Positions 1 through 9,874 of a stretch of 64,000 nucleotides of DNA are shown here, piece after piece. Made by a program: the position numbers and the translations under genes. This DNA comes from Ignavibacteriota bacterium. Lineage in GTDB: Bacteria > Bacteroidota > Ignavibacteria > UBA10030 > CAVZMI01. Numbering within the stretch: position 1 is the first letter of the stretch; each line of letters begins with the position of its first letter. The stretch is from contig CAVZMI010000038.1 of NCBI GenBank assembly GCA_963776275.1, positions 37,239-101,238 on the forward strand. The letters are read 5' to 3'. The notes beneath the pieces are model-generated. The model worked only from the letters and a program-made list of their open reading frames with translations. It was not told the DNA's origin and did no database searches.

Positions 1-751
1 CGGCGGTAAGTTGTTTCTGCGCAAAGAGCACCAATCCGAATACAATCCCGGTAGCAACAACACCTCCGATGAATCCCTGGATGATTCCTTCGATGATAAA
101 CGGGGTCCGGATGAAACTGCGGGTGGCGCCGACGAGCTTCATTGTCTCGATGATCGCCCGTTTCGAGTAGATTGCCAGGCGGATGGTGTTCGACACAAGC
201 ATGATGGCGGACAGACTTATGATGAGACCGAGCGAGAGTGTAATAAGGAAGACTGTCTTTGTCCGCTTATCAAGAAATTCGAGCAGGCTTTTCCGATAAA
301 TGATATCGGTAATGCCGGGGATGGCACTGATTCTTTTACTTATGGCCTCGACATGGACTGTCGTCTTGTACCCGTTCTTAAGGGATATCTTAAACGAGGG
401 AGGAAGGGGATTGAAATTAAGCACGCTTGTAATATCCTCTCCGAATTCCTGTTTGAAAACGCGTGCTGCTTCTTCTTTAGATACGAAGCGGAGTGTGTCG
501 ATCCCTTTCACCTGTTGAATCTGCATCCTCAACGAATCGATCACCGCTTGTGTAACGGGCTCTTCAAGAAAGACTTCCAGTTCCACCCGGTTGCGTATGG
601 AATCGATGAGTCGGTTTGCATTCGATGTGACTATGGCGAAGATTGCCAGGAGAATGAGAGCGATACAGATCGTGATGATAGAAATTGTCATCGACAGTTT
701 TGCTCTCTGGAATCCGGAAAACCCTTCCCGCAAAATATATGCTGTGCTCAC
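1..751 (-). CDS. ftsX: Cell division permease FtsX (3' end runs off window)
   Basis: Not in the ORF track. Manual minus-strand translation from GTG at 751 (AGGAG RBS upstream) gives MSTAYILREGFSGFQRAKLSMTISI...VSNTIRLAIYSKRAIIETMKLVGATRSFIRTPFIIEG, the FtsX signature. Confidence 0.9.
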   Translation of the reverse strand, partial: MSTAYILREGFSGFQRAKLSMTISIITICIALILLAIFAIVTSNANRLIDSIRNRVELEVFLEEPVTQAVIDSLRMQIQQVKGIDTLRFVSKEEAARVFKQEFGEDITSVLNFNPLPPSFKISLKNGYKTTVHVEAISKRISAIPGITDIIYRKSLLEFLDKRTKTVFLITLSLGLIISLSAIMLVSNTIRLAIYSKRAIIETMKLVGATRSFIRTPFIIEGIIQGFIGGVVATGIVFGLVLFAQKQLTA

Positions 752-760
752 AGGACACTC

Positions 761-1600
761 CTATACTTTGGTATATGAACCGAGGATTCGAAGATGCGAT
801 GTCACGTCACCAAGTGCTTCAAGGGCATGCCGGCAGTTTTTTTCTGCAATGCTTCCGCTGAAATCGAGATAGAAAAGATATTCCCATGGCTTTCCCATTA
901 TTGGCCGTGACTCTATTTTTTCGAGATCGATGTTCCGGAGTGCGAAAACGCTCAACGCCTTGAAGAGTGCCCCCGGAATACTCTTAAGCGAAAAAATGAT
1001 TGACGTCTTCGCATTGTTCTTCACAGAGATCGGTCGACGGGATAATACGAGGAAGCGTGTGTAATTATGGTGGTTGCTTTCGATCCCGCGTTTCAGAATG
1101 TGCAATCCATATAACTGTGCGGCTGTGGCGCTGGCAATTGCCGCGGCGTTTCGCATCCGCTGCTCGCTGATCATTTTTGCCGAACCTGCAGTATCATAGA
1201 CGGCGACGATTTCCACATTATGCAGTGTCTGGAGATATTGGTCGCACTGACCTAACGCCTGCGGATGGGAATACACATGCCGGATGTCACTGAGCTTCAC
1301 TCCGGGTATTGCCATCAACATGTGACTTACCCGAAGCTTCACTTCTCCTATAATATTGAGCGGGTACCGGTCGAGAAGATCATAGTTCTCGTGAACGCTG
1401 CCAAAAAGTGAATTTTCGATCGGTATAATACCGGCATTCACTTCTTTTTTGTGAACGGCGTCAAAGACTTTTGCGAACGAAGCATAGGGTCTGGACACAG
1501 CCGCCGGCGTATGATTGAGCGATGCACAGTATGCGGATGCCGCCTCTTCGCTGAAGGCTCCGTGTTCGCCCTGAAATGCTATCGTAAGTCTCTTTGGCAT
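761..1600 (-). CDS. pheA: Prephenate dehydratase
   Basis: AFQGEHGAFSE, IPIENS, SHPQALGQC, NYTRF and ACT-domain IESRP motifs. Confidence 0.95.
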   Translation of the reverse strand: MPKRLTIAFQGEHGAFSEEAASAYCASLNHTPAAVSRPYASFAKVFDAVHKKEVNAGIIPIENSLFGSVHENYDLLDRYPLNIIGEVKLRVSHMLMAIPGVKLSDIRHVYSHPQALGQCDQYLQTLHNVEIVAVYDTAGSAKMISEQRMRNAAAIASATAAQLYGLHILKRGIESNHHNYTRFLVLSRRPISVKNNAKTSIIFSLKSIPGALFKALSVFALRNIDLEKIESRPIMGKPWEYLFYLDFSGSIAEKNCRHALEALGDVTSHLRILGSYTKV

Positions 1601-1638
1601 AATAAGTTTGAAAAAAAACTATAAATATTTCTGATGTA

Positions 1639-1801
1639 TGACCTGTCCGCCGAAGTCCAACACCGGTGGATGGAGGCGGATTGTTGATTTATGAGTTTAA
1701 TAAAGTACAAAGATTTTTTCGGCCGGTAGTATTCGATCATCCGATTATAGAAAAGAGACAGCCGACGCCACTCATAAATCAAAGATCATCGATCATAAAT
1801 C
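1639..1801. repeat. Intergenic palindromic REP-like unit (CCTGTCCGCCGAAG...GGAGGCGGA) plus degenerate heptamer run (ATAAATC AAAGATC ATCGATC ATAAATC)
   Basis: TCCGCC/GGCGGA inverted pair and 7-nt periodicity read directly. Confidence 0.5.
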
Positions 1802-1812
1802 TCTTGGCTTTC

Positions 1813-2328
1813 CTAAAAATTCGATTCGTCTCTCCAGCGCGCAATTTTCCAGATGCTCTGCTGTGTCAGCCGGGTGACATTGAAATTCGCGTATCCGTTC
1901 ACACGTATAATATCGCTAGGATTGAATGTTACGGTCATTGAAAAACTCCGGGTAACGTTTATGTTCAATGAATCGCCGGAAAATGAAACCGTGTTGTTCC
2001 AGATCAGGTCGAGGTTTTGTGCATTCATAAATAGTCCGTATGTCGTGCGCATATCCTCATCCCGTCCCCAGCTGATATCAATGCCGTTGTCATAATCACG
2101 ATAGACAAACGCAAAATTCTGATCGAGGAGCTGTCCGTATATTGTTGAATCTTTAAATGTGTATGCGTATTGAAAATTGCGGAAGACTCCTTCGAGGGTT
2201 CGTTGATCGCCCAGAATCGAGTTCGAAACTTCAGTCGATGTATCCAGCTCCGGTGCAAATGGATTCGCACACCCCGCGGTGAGGCTGGCGACAAAAAATA
2301 TTATAATAAGAATCCGATGCACAATCAT
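1813..2328 (-). CDS. Hypothetical lipoprotein (possible NTF2-like fold)
   Basis: Signal peptide with LTAGC lipobox; overlaps upstream ORF by ATGA. Confidence 0.7.
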   Translation of the reverse strand: MIVHRILIIIFFVASLTAGCANPFAPELDTSTEVSNSILGDQRTLEGVFRNFQYAYTFKDSTIYGQLLDQNFAFVYRDYDNGIDISWGRDEDMRTTYGLFMNAQNLDLIWNNTVSFSGDSLNINVTRSFSMTVTFNPSDIIRVNGYANFNVTRLTQQSIWKIARWRDESNF

Positions 2329-2948
2329 GAGCTAAACCGCGCTTTCAGGTCGCTCCAGCTAAAATCGTTCCCTGTTGCATTGTCGATCCATCGGTGAATG
2401 GCCCAATTGTTATTTCGATCGACTGAAAGTAAAAACAGAAGTGTGCCCTGTGCCTGCGTCTTAATATCCTGTACCGTGTGTGGAATGATCAGCTTATATG
2501 TTGCAGTGTATACGGCAGAATCGGACTGGATGCTTAATTGGGCATCGGTTAGGATCAGCGCCGATTCCTCCCCCGTTGGGATTCTGGAGCACAGGTTCTC
2601 GAAATACGTCCGCTCCGATGTAAGATTCCAATCATGAAAAATAGCACTGTAAGCGGTTTGGGCACTCTGGGCCGCCTGAAATGAAAAACTATAATTCGAG
2701 AATGTTGAGTCGACAAAACAATTGATATAGTTTTCAGTGTTGCGTTCACGGATTGCGTTCATGAGGTTATCGATTACAATACTCGGCAACGTCGGTGGAA
2801 CAAACGACGAACTGGACTCCGATGGTTTTTCCGGCGTCCGAGTATTAAGTATATTGCACCCCTGAAAAATAAAAAACCCACCGATACATACACTAACGAT
2901 CCACCCGGGTTTCCTGATAAACCAAAGAGCGCCTAGCCGTATGTTCAC
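2325..2948 (-). CDS. Hypothetical lipoprotein, probable paralog of 1813-2328
   Basis: FQGC lipobox; shares a Y..(L/C)....F.F, W...(D/E) and W.I.RW.D pattern with its neighbour. Confidence 0.65.
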   Translation of the reverse strand: MNIRLGALWFIRKPGWIVSVCIGGFFIFQGCNILNTRTPEKPSESSSSFVPPTLPSIVIDNLMNAIRERNTENYINCFVDSTFSNYSFSFQAAQSAQTAYSAIFHDWNLTSERTYFENLCSRIPTGEESALILTDAQLSIQSDSAVYTATYKLIIPHTVQDIKTQAQGTLLFLLSVDRNNNWAIHRWIDNATGNDFSWSDLKARFSS

Positions 2949-3541
2949 AATGATATTCGCCCCTCCAACGCTCGTGACAGGGTTGCCTCGTCGGCAAATT
3001 CAAGATCGCTCCCGATCGGAAGACCCCGGGCAATACGCGAAACCTTAATACCCAGCGGTTTTATGAGTCGCGACAGGTAAATTGTTGTCGCCTCTCCTTC
3101 GGTATTTGGATTCATTGCCAGGATGACCTCTGTTATCTCACCCGTGATACGATTCAGTAATTCTTTAATTTTTAAATCTTCCGGACCAATCCCATCAAGC
3201 GGTGAAAGGGCTCCTCCGAGCACATGATATAACCCGCGGAATTCATTCGTTTTTTCTATTGCTATGACGTCGCTGGGTTCTTCAACGACACAGATGATAG
3301 ATCGTTCACGTTTCTGACTCGAGCAAATAACACACGGATCGATCTCTGTAATATTCGAACAGGTCGAGCAATATCTTACCTTATCTTTAACATCGACCAG
3401 TGACCGGGCAAGAGCGACGACATCCTCCCGGGATTGTTTGAGAATGTAGAGGGCAAATCGTTGCGCCGTTTTTCGGCCTACGCCGGGGAGCTGCCCGAGT
3501 TGTTCGATTAGTTGTTCGACGGATTCACTTGTAAAAAGCAT
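2945..3541 (-). CDS. recR: Recombination protein RecR
   Basis: [11 protein letters not shown] HhH, C4 zinc finger, ICVVEE TOPRIM, YHVLGG. Confidence 0.97.
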   Translation of the reverse strand: MLFTSESVEQLIEQLGQLPGVGRKTAQRFALYILKQSREDVVALARSLVDVKDKVRYCSTCSNITEIDPCVICSSQKRERSIICVVEEPSDVIAIEKTNEFRGLYHVLGGALSPLDGIGPEDLKIKELLNRITGEITEVILAMNPNTEGEATTIYLSRLIKPLGIKVSRIARGLPIGSDLEFADEATLSRALEGRISL

Positions 3542-3542
3542 T

Positions 3543-3878
3543 TTACAAACCAGGAATATTCAATCCGGGGATGTTCGGAATCATTCCAGCCGTTGCTTTT
3601 TGCATTTCAGCATTTGCTAATGCAGCGGCGTCATCGAGCGCTTTATTAACTCCCGCCACGATAAGATCTTCCAGCATCTCTTTTTCTTCAGGTTTGATTA
3701 CCTCTTTTTCAATTTCTATCTTGACAATCTGCTGTTTTCCCGACGCTGTCACTTTGACCATGCCGCCTCCAGCTTCGGCCACGATAGTCTTTGAACCGAG
3801 TTCGGCCTGAACCTGTGCAATTCGTTCTTGCATCTGCTGGACTTGCTTCATCATTCCCTGCATTCCGCCTTTGAGCAT
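3543..3878 (-). CDS. ybaB: YbaB/EbfC nucleoid-associated protein (start moved to 3878 by RBS)
   Basis: [33 protein letters not shown]; typical adjacency to recR. Confidence 0.93.
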   Translation of the reverse strand: MLKGGMQGMMKQVQQMQERIAQVQAELGSKTIVAEAGGGMVKVTASGKQQIVKIEIEKEVIKPEEKEMLEDLIVAGVNKALDDAAALANAEMQKATAGMIPNIPGLNIPGL

Positions 3879-3942
3879 CAGCGATATCCTTTCATTTTCA
3901 AAATATTCCATCACTTCGACTAAATGTAACTTTTACTCTGAG

Positions 3943-4007
3943 AAATATATCATAATTAATAGGGAAAGTCAAAATACCTTGACTTTCCATACCAAAAAAC
4001 TTACATT
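3943..4007. promoter_or_regulatory. Back-to-back divergent sigma70-like promoters for ybaB-recR and uppS-bamA
   Basis: GGAAAGTCAA-N6-TTGACTTTCC inverted repeat (3963-3988). Plus strand TTGACT-17-TACATT; minus strand TTGACT-17-TATATT. Confidence 0.6.
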
Positions 4008-4051
4008 TATGAACACTTTTTATGTTTTATTGATCTCTTTATGGGGTACGC

Positions 4052-4891
4052 GTGGGGAAGAAGTATAACGCACCGACACCTGCAGATAAAGCTTTTCAAG
4101 ATAATCTAAAGGAAAAGGGTGCCATCCCAAACCATATAGCAATTATCATGGACGGGAATGGCCGATGGGCAAAGGAGCGGGGACTTCCCCGTGTTGCCGG
4201 TCACCGCGAAGGAGTAAATTCTGTCCGCGATATCGTTGAGGTATGCGGACAGCTGGGAATTAAATACCTTACTCTGTTTGCATTTTCGACTGAAAACTGG
4301 AAGCGTCCGAAGAATGAAGTCTCGGTTTTAATGCGGCTTCTTGTCAAGTCGCTGCGTGATGAAACAGACCGGTTACTCGCGAATAACGTGCGCCTCCGGA
4401 CGGTTGGCGATACAGCATCGTTGCCAAAAGATGTGCAGGAAGAACTCCTATTTTCGGTTGAAAAAACAAAGAAGAATACGGGTCTGATGCTTGTCCTTGC
4501 ACTCAGTTACAGCGGCCGGTGGGATATTGTGAACGCCATTCGAAGAATTGCTCGTGCCGTTGAGCACTATGAAATACGCAGCAACGACGTAACAGAAAAG
4601 GTCATTTCTTCGTATCTGACGACACACGATATTCCCGATCCTGATCTTTTAATCCGTACCAGTGGCGAATTCCGTTTAAGCAATTTTTTACTCTGGGAAC
4701 TTGCATATACCGAAATTCATATAACCCGGTGTTATTGGCCTGAATTCCGTCGTGCACATCTGTATGATGCTATCCGCGATTATCAACAGCGGGAACGGCG
4801 GTTCGGCCTTGTGAGCGAACAACTCACCCAACATCGATCTTCAGGAATTTCGAAAGTCGAAAGGCTAGCCAAACGTGCCGTACGTGTCTAA
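4052..4891 (+). CDS. uppS: Undecaprenyl diphosphate synthase (isoprenyl transferase)
   Basis: HIAIIMDGNGRWA, FSTENWKR, DPDLLIRTSGEFRLSNFLLW. Confidence 0.97.
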   Translation: MGKKYNAPTPADKAFQDNLKEKGAIPNHIAIIMDGNGRWAKERGLPRVAGHREGVNSVRDIVEVCGQLGIKYLTLFAFSTENWKRPKNEVSVLMRLLVKSLRDETDRLLANNVRLRTVGDTASLPKDVQEELLFSVEKTKKNTGLMLVLALSYSGRWDIVNAIRRIARAVEHYEIRSNDVTEKVISSYLTTHDIPDPDLLIRTSGEFRLSNFLLWELAYTEIHITRCYWPEFRRAHLYDAIRDYQQRERRFGLVSEQLTQHRSSGISKVERLAKRAVRV

Positions 4892-7265
4892 AATCCTCCT
4901 CATATTTCTGGTTGCAAGTCTGGTAGTCCCGTACCGACTCATTGCTCAGCCAAAACAACCCGAGGTATATAAGATTCTGGGGATTTCGGTCGAAGGCAAT
5001 TCGAGCGCGGAGCCTGCCGCGATTATCGGGAATTCGGGATTGAAAATCGGCGACGATCTTACAATACCCGGGGATCAAACAACGCGAGCAATTCAGGCTC
5101 TCTGGCGGTTGAGAATTTTCTCCGATATCCAGATCGCTATCGAAAATAGGGTGAGTGCAGGTATTTTCCTTGTTATTAAAGTGAAGGAATATCCACGCCT
5201 CGAACGGATAGACTACGTTGGTAATGATGAGCTCAACGCGGACGACCTGAACAAGAAGGTCACTGTGATCAAAGGACAGCTCCTGACACCATCGGAGATC
5301 AACCGTATCGTCAAGGCTATGAAAAAAGCCTATGAAGAAGAAGGATATCTCCAGGTATCGATTGTTCCAACTTTGACTGAAGCCCCCGATGCGAATGCTA
5401 ATAAACGAAGCATCCTCCGGTTTACGATTGACGAAGGTCGCCAGCTGCGTGTCGGTGAAATCCGATTTACGGGGAATACAACGGTCAGCGCAAGTACGTT
5501 GAAAGGGGAAATGAAAGAAACATCCGAGAGGACATGGTGGAAATTCTGGAACAGTGCAAGACTGGATAAGAAGAAATACGAAGACGACAAGAAATTAATC
5601 ATCACCTACTATAAAAAGAATGGATATCGCGACGCGGAGATTCTCTCGGATTCAATATATTATGATCCAGATGTCGACAATCTTGTAGTGCAAGTCAATC
5701 TCTATGAAGGTCCGCAATATTATATCCGTTCAATCGTATTTGAGGGAAGTACGATTTTTAAGGAAGAAGCATTGCTCGAAATTATCGGCATGAAAAAGGG
5801 GGATGTGTTGAACGGAGAGAAATTCCAAGAGAACCTTTATGGAAATCAAGAACAGACAGATGTCTTATCGGCATATCGCAACGCCGGGTATTTGCTGATT
5901 CGTCCTGATCTTCAACTGATGCGTGCTGCGGAGGATAGTCTTGATATCGTCATCCGATTTGTAGAAGGCAACCAATTCACCGTCCGATATGTCGAGGTGC
6001 AGGGGAATACCAAGACCAAAGACAAAGTGGTGCGACGCGAGTTGTATACACGGCCGGGAGACAAATTCAGCCAGGCGGCAATTATGCGAAGCTTCCGGCA
6101 GCTTCAACAGCTCCAGTACTTCAATCCGGAGAAAATCAAGCCGGATTATAAATTGGTTGACGATAAAACTGTCGACATTGTTTATGAGGTTGAGGAAAAA
6201 TCAAGCGATACCTTCAATACTTCTATCGGATATAGTCAGGCCTGGGGACTGATGGGCTCATTCGGAATCACATTTAATAATTTTTCGCTTTCCGACCCGC
6301 TGGCAGGTGGAGGGGGACAAACACTCAACTTCGACTGGCAATTCGGCGAGGCAAGCCGGTACCGGACATTCTCAATCAGCTTTACCGAACCCTGGTTGAT
6401 GGATGTTCCGACGACACTTGGTGTATCGCTCTTCGATACACGGCAGAATTACGGATATGACTATCGCATGACGGGTGCCTCGCTCCGAGTTGGTCGTCGT
6501 TTCCGCTGGCCCGATGATTATTTTCGCGGCGACTGGACATTCCGCTTTCAGCAATACGATGTTGTTCAAGGGCTCGGTCTCTACTCGACTGGCCAGTATA
6601 GTCAGTTCAGTCTCGGCCAGGTCATTCAGCGCAACAGCATCGATAATCCGATTTTCCCGACAACGGGCTCGAGCATTGCTTTGAATATCGAAATCTCCGG
6701 AAAACCGCTTCCCGGCCGTGCATATTATCAAAAAGCGCAATTCAGCACGGCATGGTACACACCCCTGTTCAACAGCCAGAAACTTGCATTCGCGCTCACG
6801 ACGGACTGGGGAATCATCAATCGACCGTCGCTCGAGGCATTTGTTCCTCTGACGGAAGTATTTTATATGGGTGGAACGGGTCTCGGGTATTATAACACTA
6901 CACCGTTGCGCGGTTATGACGATCGAATTATCGGACCGAGAAGCAGCCTCGGAGCAGAGCTTGGCGGGTTGGCGATGGTTAAGTACACTGCCGAAATAAG
7001 GTATAATGTTTCGCTTAGTCCGATTCCAATTTACCTTCTTGTTTTTGCCGAAGCGGGAAATGTGTGGAAAGATTTTCAATCAATCGATCCATTCCAGCTT
7101 TATCGTTCGGCGGGTTTCGGAGCGCGACTCATGATCAATCCAATCGGGATGGTCGGCTTTGACTATGGATTCGGATTTGACGATGCTTCCGGTGGAACGA
7201 ACGGTCTTCCTGATGGCAACCGGGATGGCTGGAAGTTCCATTTCCAATTCGGAAGAGGATTCTAG
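4875..7265 (+). CDS. bamA: Outer membrane protein assembly factor BamA
   Basis: POTRA repeats (GNTKTKDKVVRREL), LRGY motif, C-terminal FHFQFGRGF. Confidence 0.95.
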   Translation: MPYVSKILLIFLVASLVVPYRLIAQPKQPEVYKILGISVEGNSSAEPAAIIGNSGLKIGDDLTIPGDQTTRAIQALWRLRIFSDIQIAIENRVSAGIFLVIKVKEYPRLERIDYVGNDELNADDLNKKVTVIKGQLLTPSEINRIVKAMKKAYEEEGYLQVSIVPTLTEAPDANANKRSILRFTIDEGRQLRVGEIRFTGNTTVSASTLKGEMKETSERTWWKFWNSARLDKKKYEDDKKLIITYYKKNGYRDAEILSDSIYYDPDVDNLVVQVNLYEGPQYYIRSIVFEGSTIFKEEALLEIIGMKKGDVLNGEKFQENLYGNQEQTDVLSAYRNAGYLLIRPDLQLMRAAEDSLDIVIRFVEGNQFTVRYVEVQGNTKTKDKVVRRELYTRPGDKFSQAAIMRSFRQLQQLQYFNPEKIKPDYKLVDDKTVDIVYEVEEKSSDTFNTSIGYSQAWGLMGSFGITFNNFSLSDPLAGGGGQTLNFDWQFGEASRYRTFSISFTEPWLMDVPTTLGVSLFDTRQNYGYDYRMTGASLRVGRRFRWPDDYFRGDWTFRFQQYDVVQGLGLYSTGQYSQFSLGQVIQRNSIDNPIFPTTGSSIALNIEISGKPLPGRAYYQKAQFSTAWYTPLFNSQKLAFALTTDWGIINRPSLEAFVPLTEVFYMGGTGLGYYNTTPLRGYDDRIIGPRSSLGAELGGLAMVKYTAEIRYNVSLSPIPIYLLVFAEAGNVWKDFQSIDPFQLYRSAGFGARLMINPIGMVGFDYGFGFDDASGGTNGLPDGNRDGWKFHFQFGRGF

Positions 7266-7282
7266 TCTGTTTGGATGGCTGG

Positions 7283-7458
7283 GAAATTGTGAATTGTGAG
7301 TTGTGAATGGTGAGTGTTTAGAAGAGCCGGGACTATGAAAGATACAAAAAAAGACACATGGAAAATTTTTTACACGCAATAATCACAACACATAATTCGC
7401 TACAAAATATTTCGCTATTTATACATTCACAAATCAAAATTCACAATTCATAATTTAC
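7283..7458. repeat. Inverted pair of heptamer tandem runs (GAATTGT-like / ATTCACA-like)
   Basis: gaaattgtgaattgtgagttgtgaatggtgag near 7283 mirrored by attcacaaatcaaaattcacaattcataatttac near 7425. Confidence 0.65.
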
Positions 7459-7469
7459 AAGAGGGAAAC

Positions 7470-8004
7470 GTGAAGACAGCACATTGGTTAATCATTGGTA
7501 TGCTGATCTGCCTCGTGGCAGTCGGCGGAAAAACTTTTTCACAGCAAAAATCCGGCTTTGTAAATTCTCAGACAATTCTTAATGAATTGCCAGAGGCTCA
7601 GGAAGCGCAAAAGAAGCTTAATGCGATTGTTCAGGCCGTCCAGGATACGCTGGAAAAAATGCAGAAAGATTTTCAAACGAAATACGAAGATTATCAAAAG
7701 AAGCAGGCGATGATGACCGATGCGGCAAAAAAAGAACAGGAACAGAAGCTTGTTGAGCAGGACCGAACAGATCAAACAATTCCAGCAGGTGAAATTCAGT
7801 CAGACCGGCGAAATTGCGCAGCAGCGTGAAAAGATATTTGCTCCGGTTCGCGAAAAGATTGTGAAGGCGATTCAATCGGTTGCAAAGGAAGAAAAAATGG
7901 TTTTTGTATTTGATAAGACTCCTGAAGGTTCGATGGTTTTGTATGCAGAACCGACCTTAGATCTCACATACAAAGTTTTAGATCGTATGAAAAGAGGTAA
8001 GTAA
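7470..8004 (+). CDS. skp: OmpH/Skp chaperone split by a +1 frameshift near 7761 (probable sequencing error)
   Basis: ORF 7470 gives the signal peptide and GFVNSQTILNELPEAQ; ORF 7720 gives VFVFDK...DLTYKVLDRM. Confidence 0.85.
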
Positions 8005-8052
8005 TTTTTATTGAGTTTCAGTGTATCATTCTATTTTTCGAAGGATGTAACA

Positions 8053-8619
8053 ATGAAAGCGACTTTTCCCCGGGTCATTCCCGTACTCTCGAGCAATAGG
8101 CTTACGAGTTTTTGGCTTGCCATGCTCTGTGTATTCTGTATCTTACCGATACTCGTTCACGCGCAGGTGAAAATTGGTTACATCGATAGCGAAGCAATCA
8201 TGAAGAAACTTCCGGAAGCACAGGATGCGCAGAAAACGCTTGACCAAATAGTATCAGGGTGGCAGGATGAACTAAACAAAATGCAGTCACAATGGCAGAA
8301 GAAGTTTGAAGAATATGATCGGCGTAAACTGATCATGAGCGACCAGAGCCGGGCGACAGCCGAACGGGAATTAATGGATCTTGAGAAAAAAGTCAGCGAT
8401 TTCCGCACACAAAAGTTCGGTCCGAATGGAGAGATGCTTGCGAAACAGACCGAGATGATGAAGCCTGTTCAGGATAAAGTGTTCAAAGCTATCCAGGATG
8501 TTGCAATCGCCGAGAACTGTGACTATGTGTTCGATAAAAGCGGTCAGATTCTTCTCCTCTATGCTAATGATAAATATGACCTGACCTCAAAAGTACTTGC
8601 CAAACTTAACGTCAAGTAA
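8053..8619 (+). CDS. skp: OmpH/Skp chaperone (second copy)
   Basis: KIGYIDSEAI, DYVFDKS, YDLTSKVL; AAGGA upstream of ATG 8053. Confidence 0.9.
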   Translation: MKATFPRVIPVLSSNRLTSFWLAMLCVFCILPILVHAQVKIGYIDSEAIMKKLPEAQDAQKTLDQIVSGWQDELNKMQSQWQKKFEEYDRRKLIMSDQSRATAERELMDLEKKVSDFRTQKFGPNGEMLAKQTEMMKPVQDKVFKAIQDVAIAENCDYVFDKSGQILLLYANDKYDLTSKVLAKLNVK

Positions 8620-8632
8620 AACTGATTGCCAT

Positions 8633-9694
8633 ATGAATCTCCGTGACATCGCTGTGCTCCTAGAAGGTGAACTTGTCGGGAACGGGGAAACCGAGATAGT
8701 CAACGTCATGAAGATCGAAGAGGCAGTCGAGGGAACAATAACTTTTCTCGCGAATTCCCGCTATCAGAAATTTCTCGATACAACGGGCGCGTCGGCTGTC
8801 ATTATCCAAAAATCTGTGGATATAGCAACCATAAAACGCCCGGTTCCGTTCTCCTATATCAAAGTCGCCGATCCGTATTTTTCGTTTCTCCGGCTGCTCG
8901 TTCATTTTCACCCGCCGGCGCCGCCGCTCGCCCCGGGGATTCATTCGACGGCCGTCATTGCACCGTCAGCAGAAATCGGGAAGGACGCTGCCATCGGCGC
9001 GTATGTCGTGATCGGTGAACGATGCCGGATCGGTGAAGGAACGATCATACTTCATGGGACTGTCATCGGGGATGACGTAACCATCGGTTCACAGACCCTG
9101 CTCTATGCCAATATTTCAATACGGGAAGGTTGCCACATTGGGAGTCGCGTCATTATTCACCCGGGTACCGTAGTCGGAAGCGATGGGTTCGGATTTGCTC
9201 CCCGGCCCGATGGAACATATGAAAAAATTCCCCAGATGGGAATTGTTGTAATCGAAGACAACGTCGAGATCGGCGCAAATTGTACACTCGATCGTGCAAC
9301 GATGGGCGAAACGCGCGTCAAACGTGGGACAAAACTTGATAATCTCATTCAAGTGGCGCACAATGTTGTCATCGGTGAGAATACAGTCATGGCGGCACAG
9401 TCCGGGATTTCCGGAAGCACAAAGATCGGTAAAAACGTGATGGTAGGAGGACAGGTGGGATTTACAGGTCATCTCGATATAGCCGACCGGACATTTGTCG
9501 GTGCACAATCCGGCATAGCGAAATCGATTCCAGAAGCAGGTAAATCTTTTTTTGGATCTCCGGCAAAAGAAAAAATGGTCGCAGCCCGTATCGAGGGTTC
9601 GCTGCGCAATCTTCCTGAGGCACTCAAGCAGATCGCAGAGCTTGAAAAAAGAATCGCATCGCTCGAAGAGAAATTGAAAAATAAAAAAGAATAG
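8633..9694 (+). CDS. lpxD: UDP-3-O-(3-hydroxyacyl)glucosamine N-acyltransferase
   Basis: Hexapeptide repeats, GSDGFGF, KLDNLIQVAHN. Confidence 0.96.
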   Translation: MNLRDIAVLLEGELVGNGETEIVNVMKIEEAVEGTITFLANSRYQKFLDTTGASAVIIQKSVDIATIKRPVPFSYIKVADPYFSFLRLLVHFHPPAPPLAPGIHSTAVIAPSAEIGKDAAIGAYVVIGERCRIGEGTIILHGTVIGDDVTIGSQTLLYANISIREGCHIGSRVIIHPGTVVGSDGFGFAPRPDGTYEKIPQMGIVVIEDNVEIGANCTLDRATMGETRVKRGTKLDNLIQVAHNVVIGENTVMAAQSGISGSTKIGKNVMVGGQVGFTGHLDIADRTFVGAQSGIAKSIPEAGKSFFGSPAKEKMVAARIEGSLRNLPEALKQIAELEKRIASLEEKLKNKKE

Positions 9695-9701
9695 CTTTTA
9701 T

Positions 9702-9828
9702 AAACTCCGTGTCCTCTTCTTTCCCCTTTGTGTACTCTGTGGTAATATTTTTAACATAGATAAAAAGAAAACCACGGAGGACACAGAGATGTTTTTAAAA
9801 TAGCTTTCAGGGGCGAGGACACAGAGTA
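9702..9828. repeat. Inverted repeat element, CTCYGTG / CACRGAG family (copy 1)
   Basis: ctccgtgtcctc...ctctgtggt mirrored by accacggaggacacagag...gaggacacagag. Confidence 0.7.
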
Positions 9829-9874
9829 GGAGTAGCTTCTGATTTTTTAATAATTAACAAACGGAAGGACCCCG

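Noticed and set aside
11-778. 255-aa plus-strand ORF
   Set aside because: Antisense shadow of ftsX in the same codon register; no motifs.
7745-7770. Programmed ribosomal frameshift in skp
   Set aside because: No slippery sequence or stimulatory structure; one of several scattered indels.
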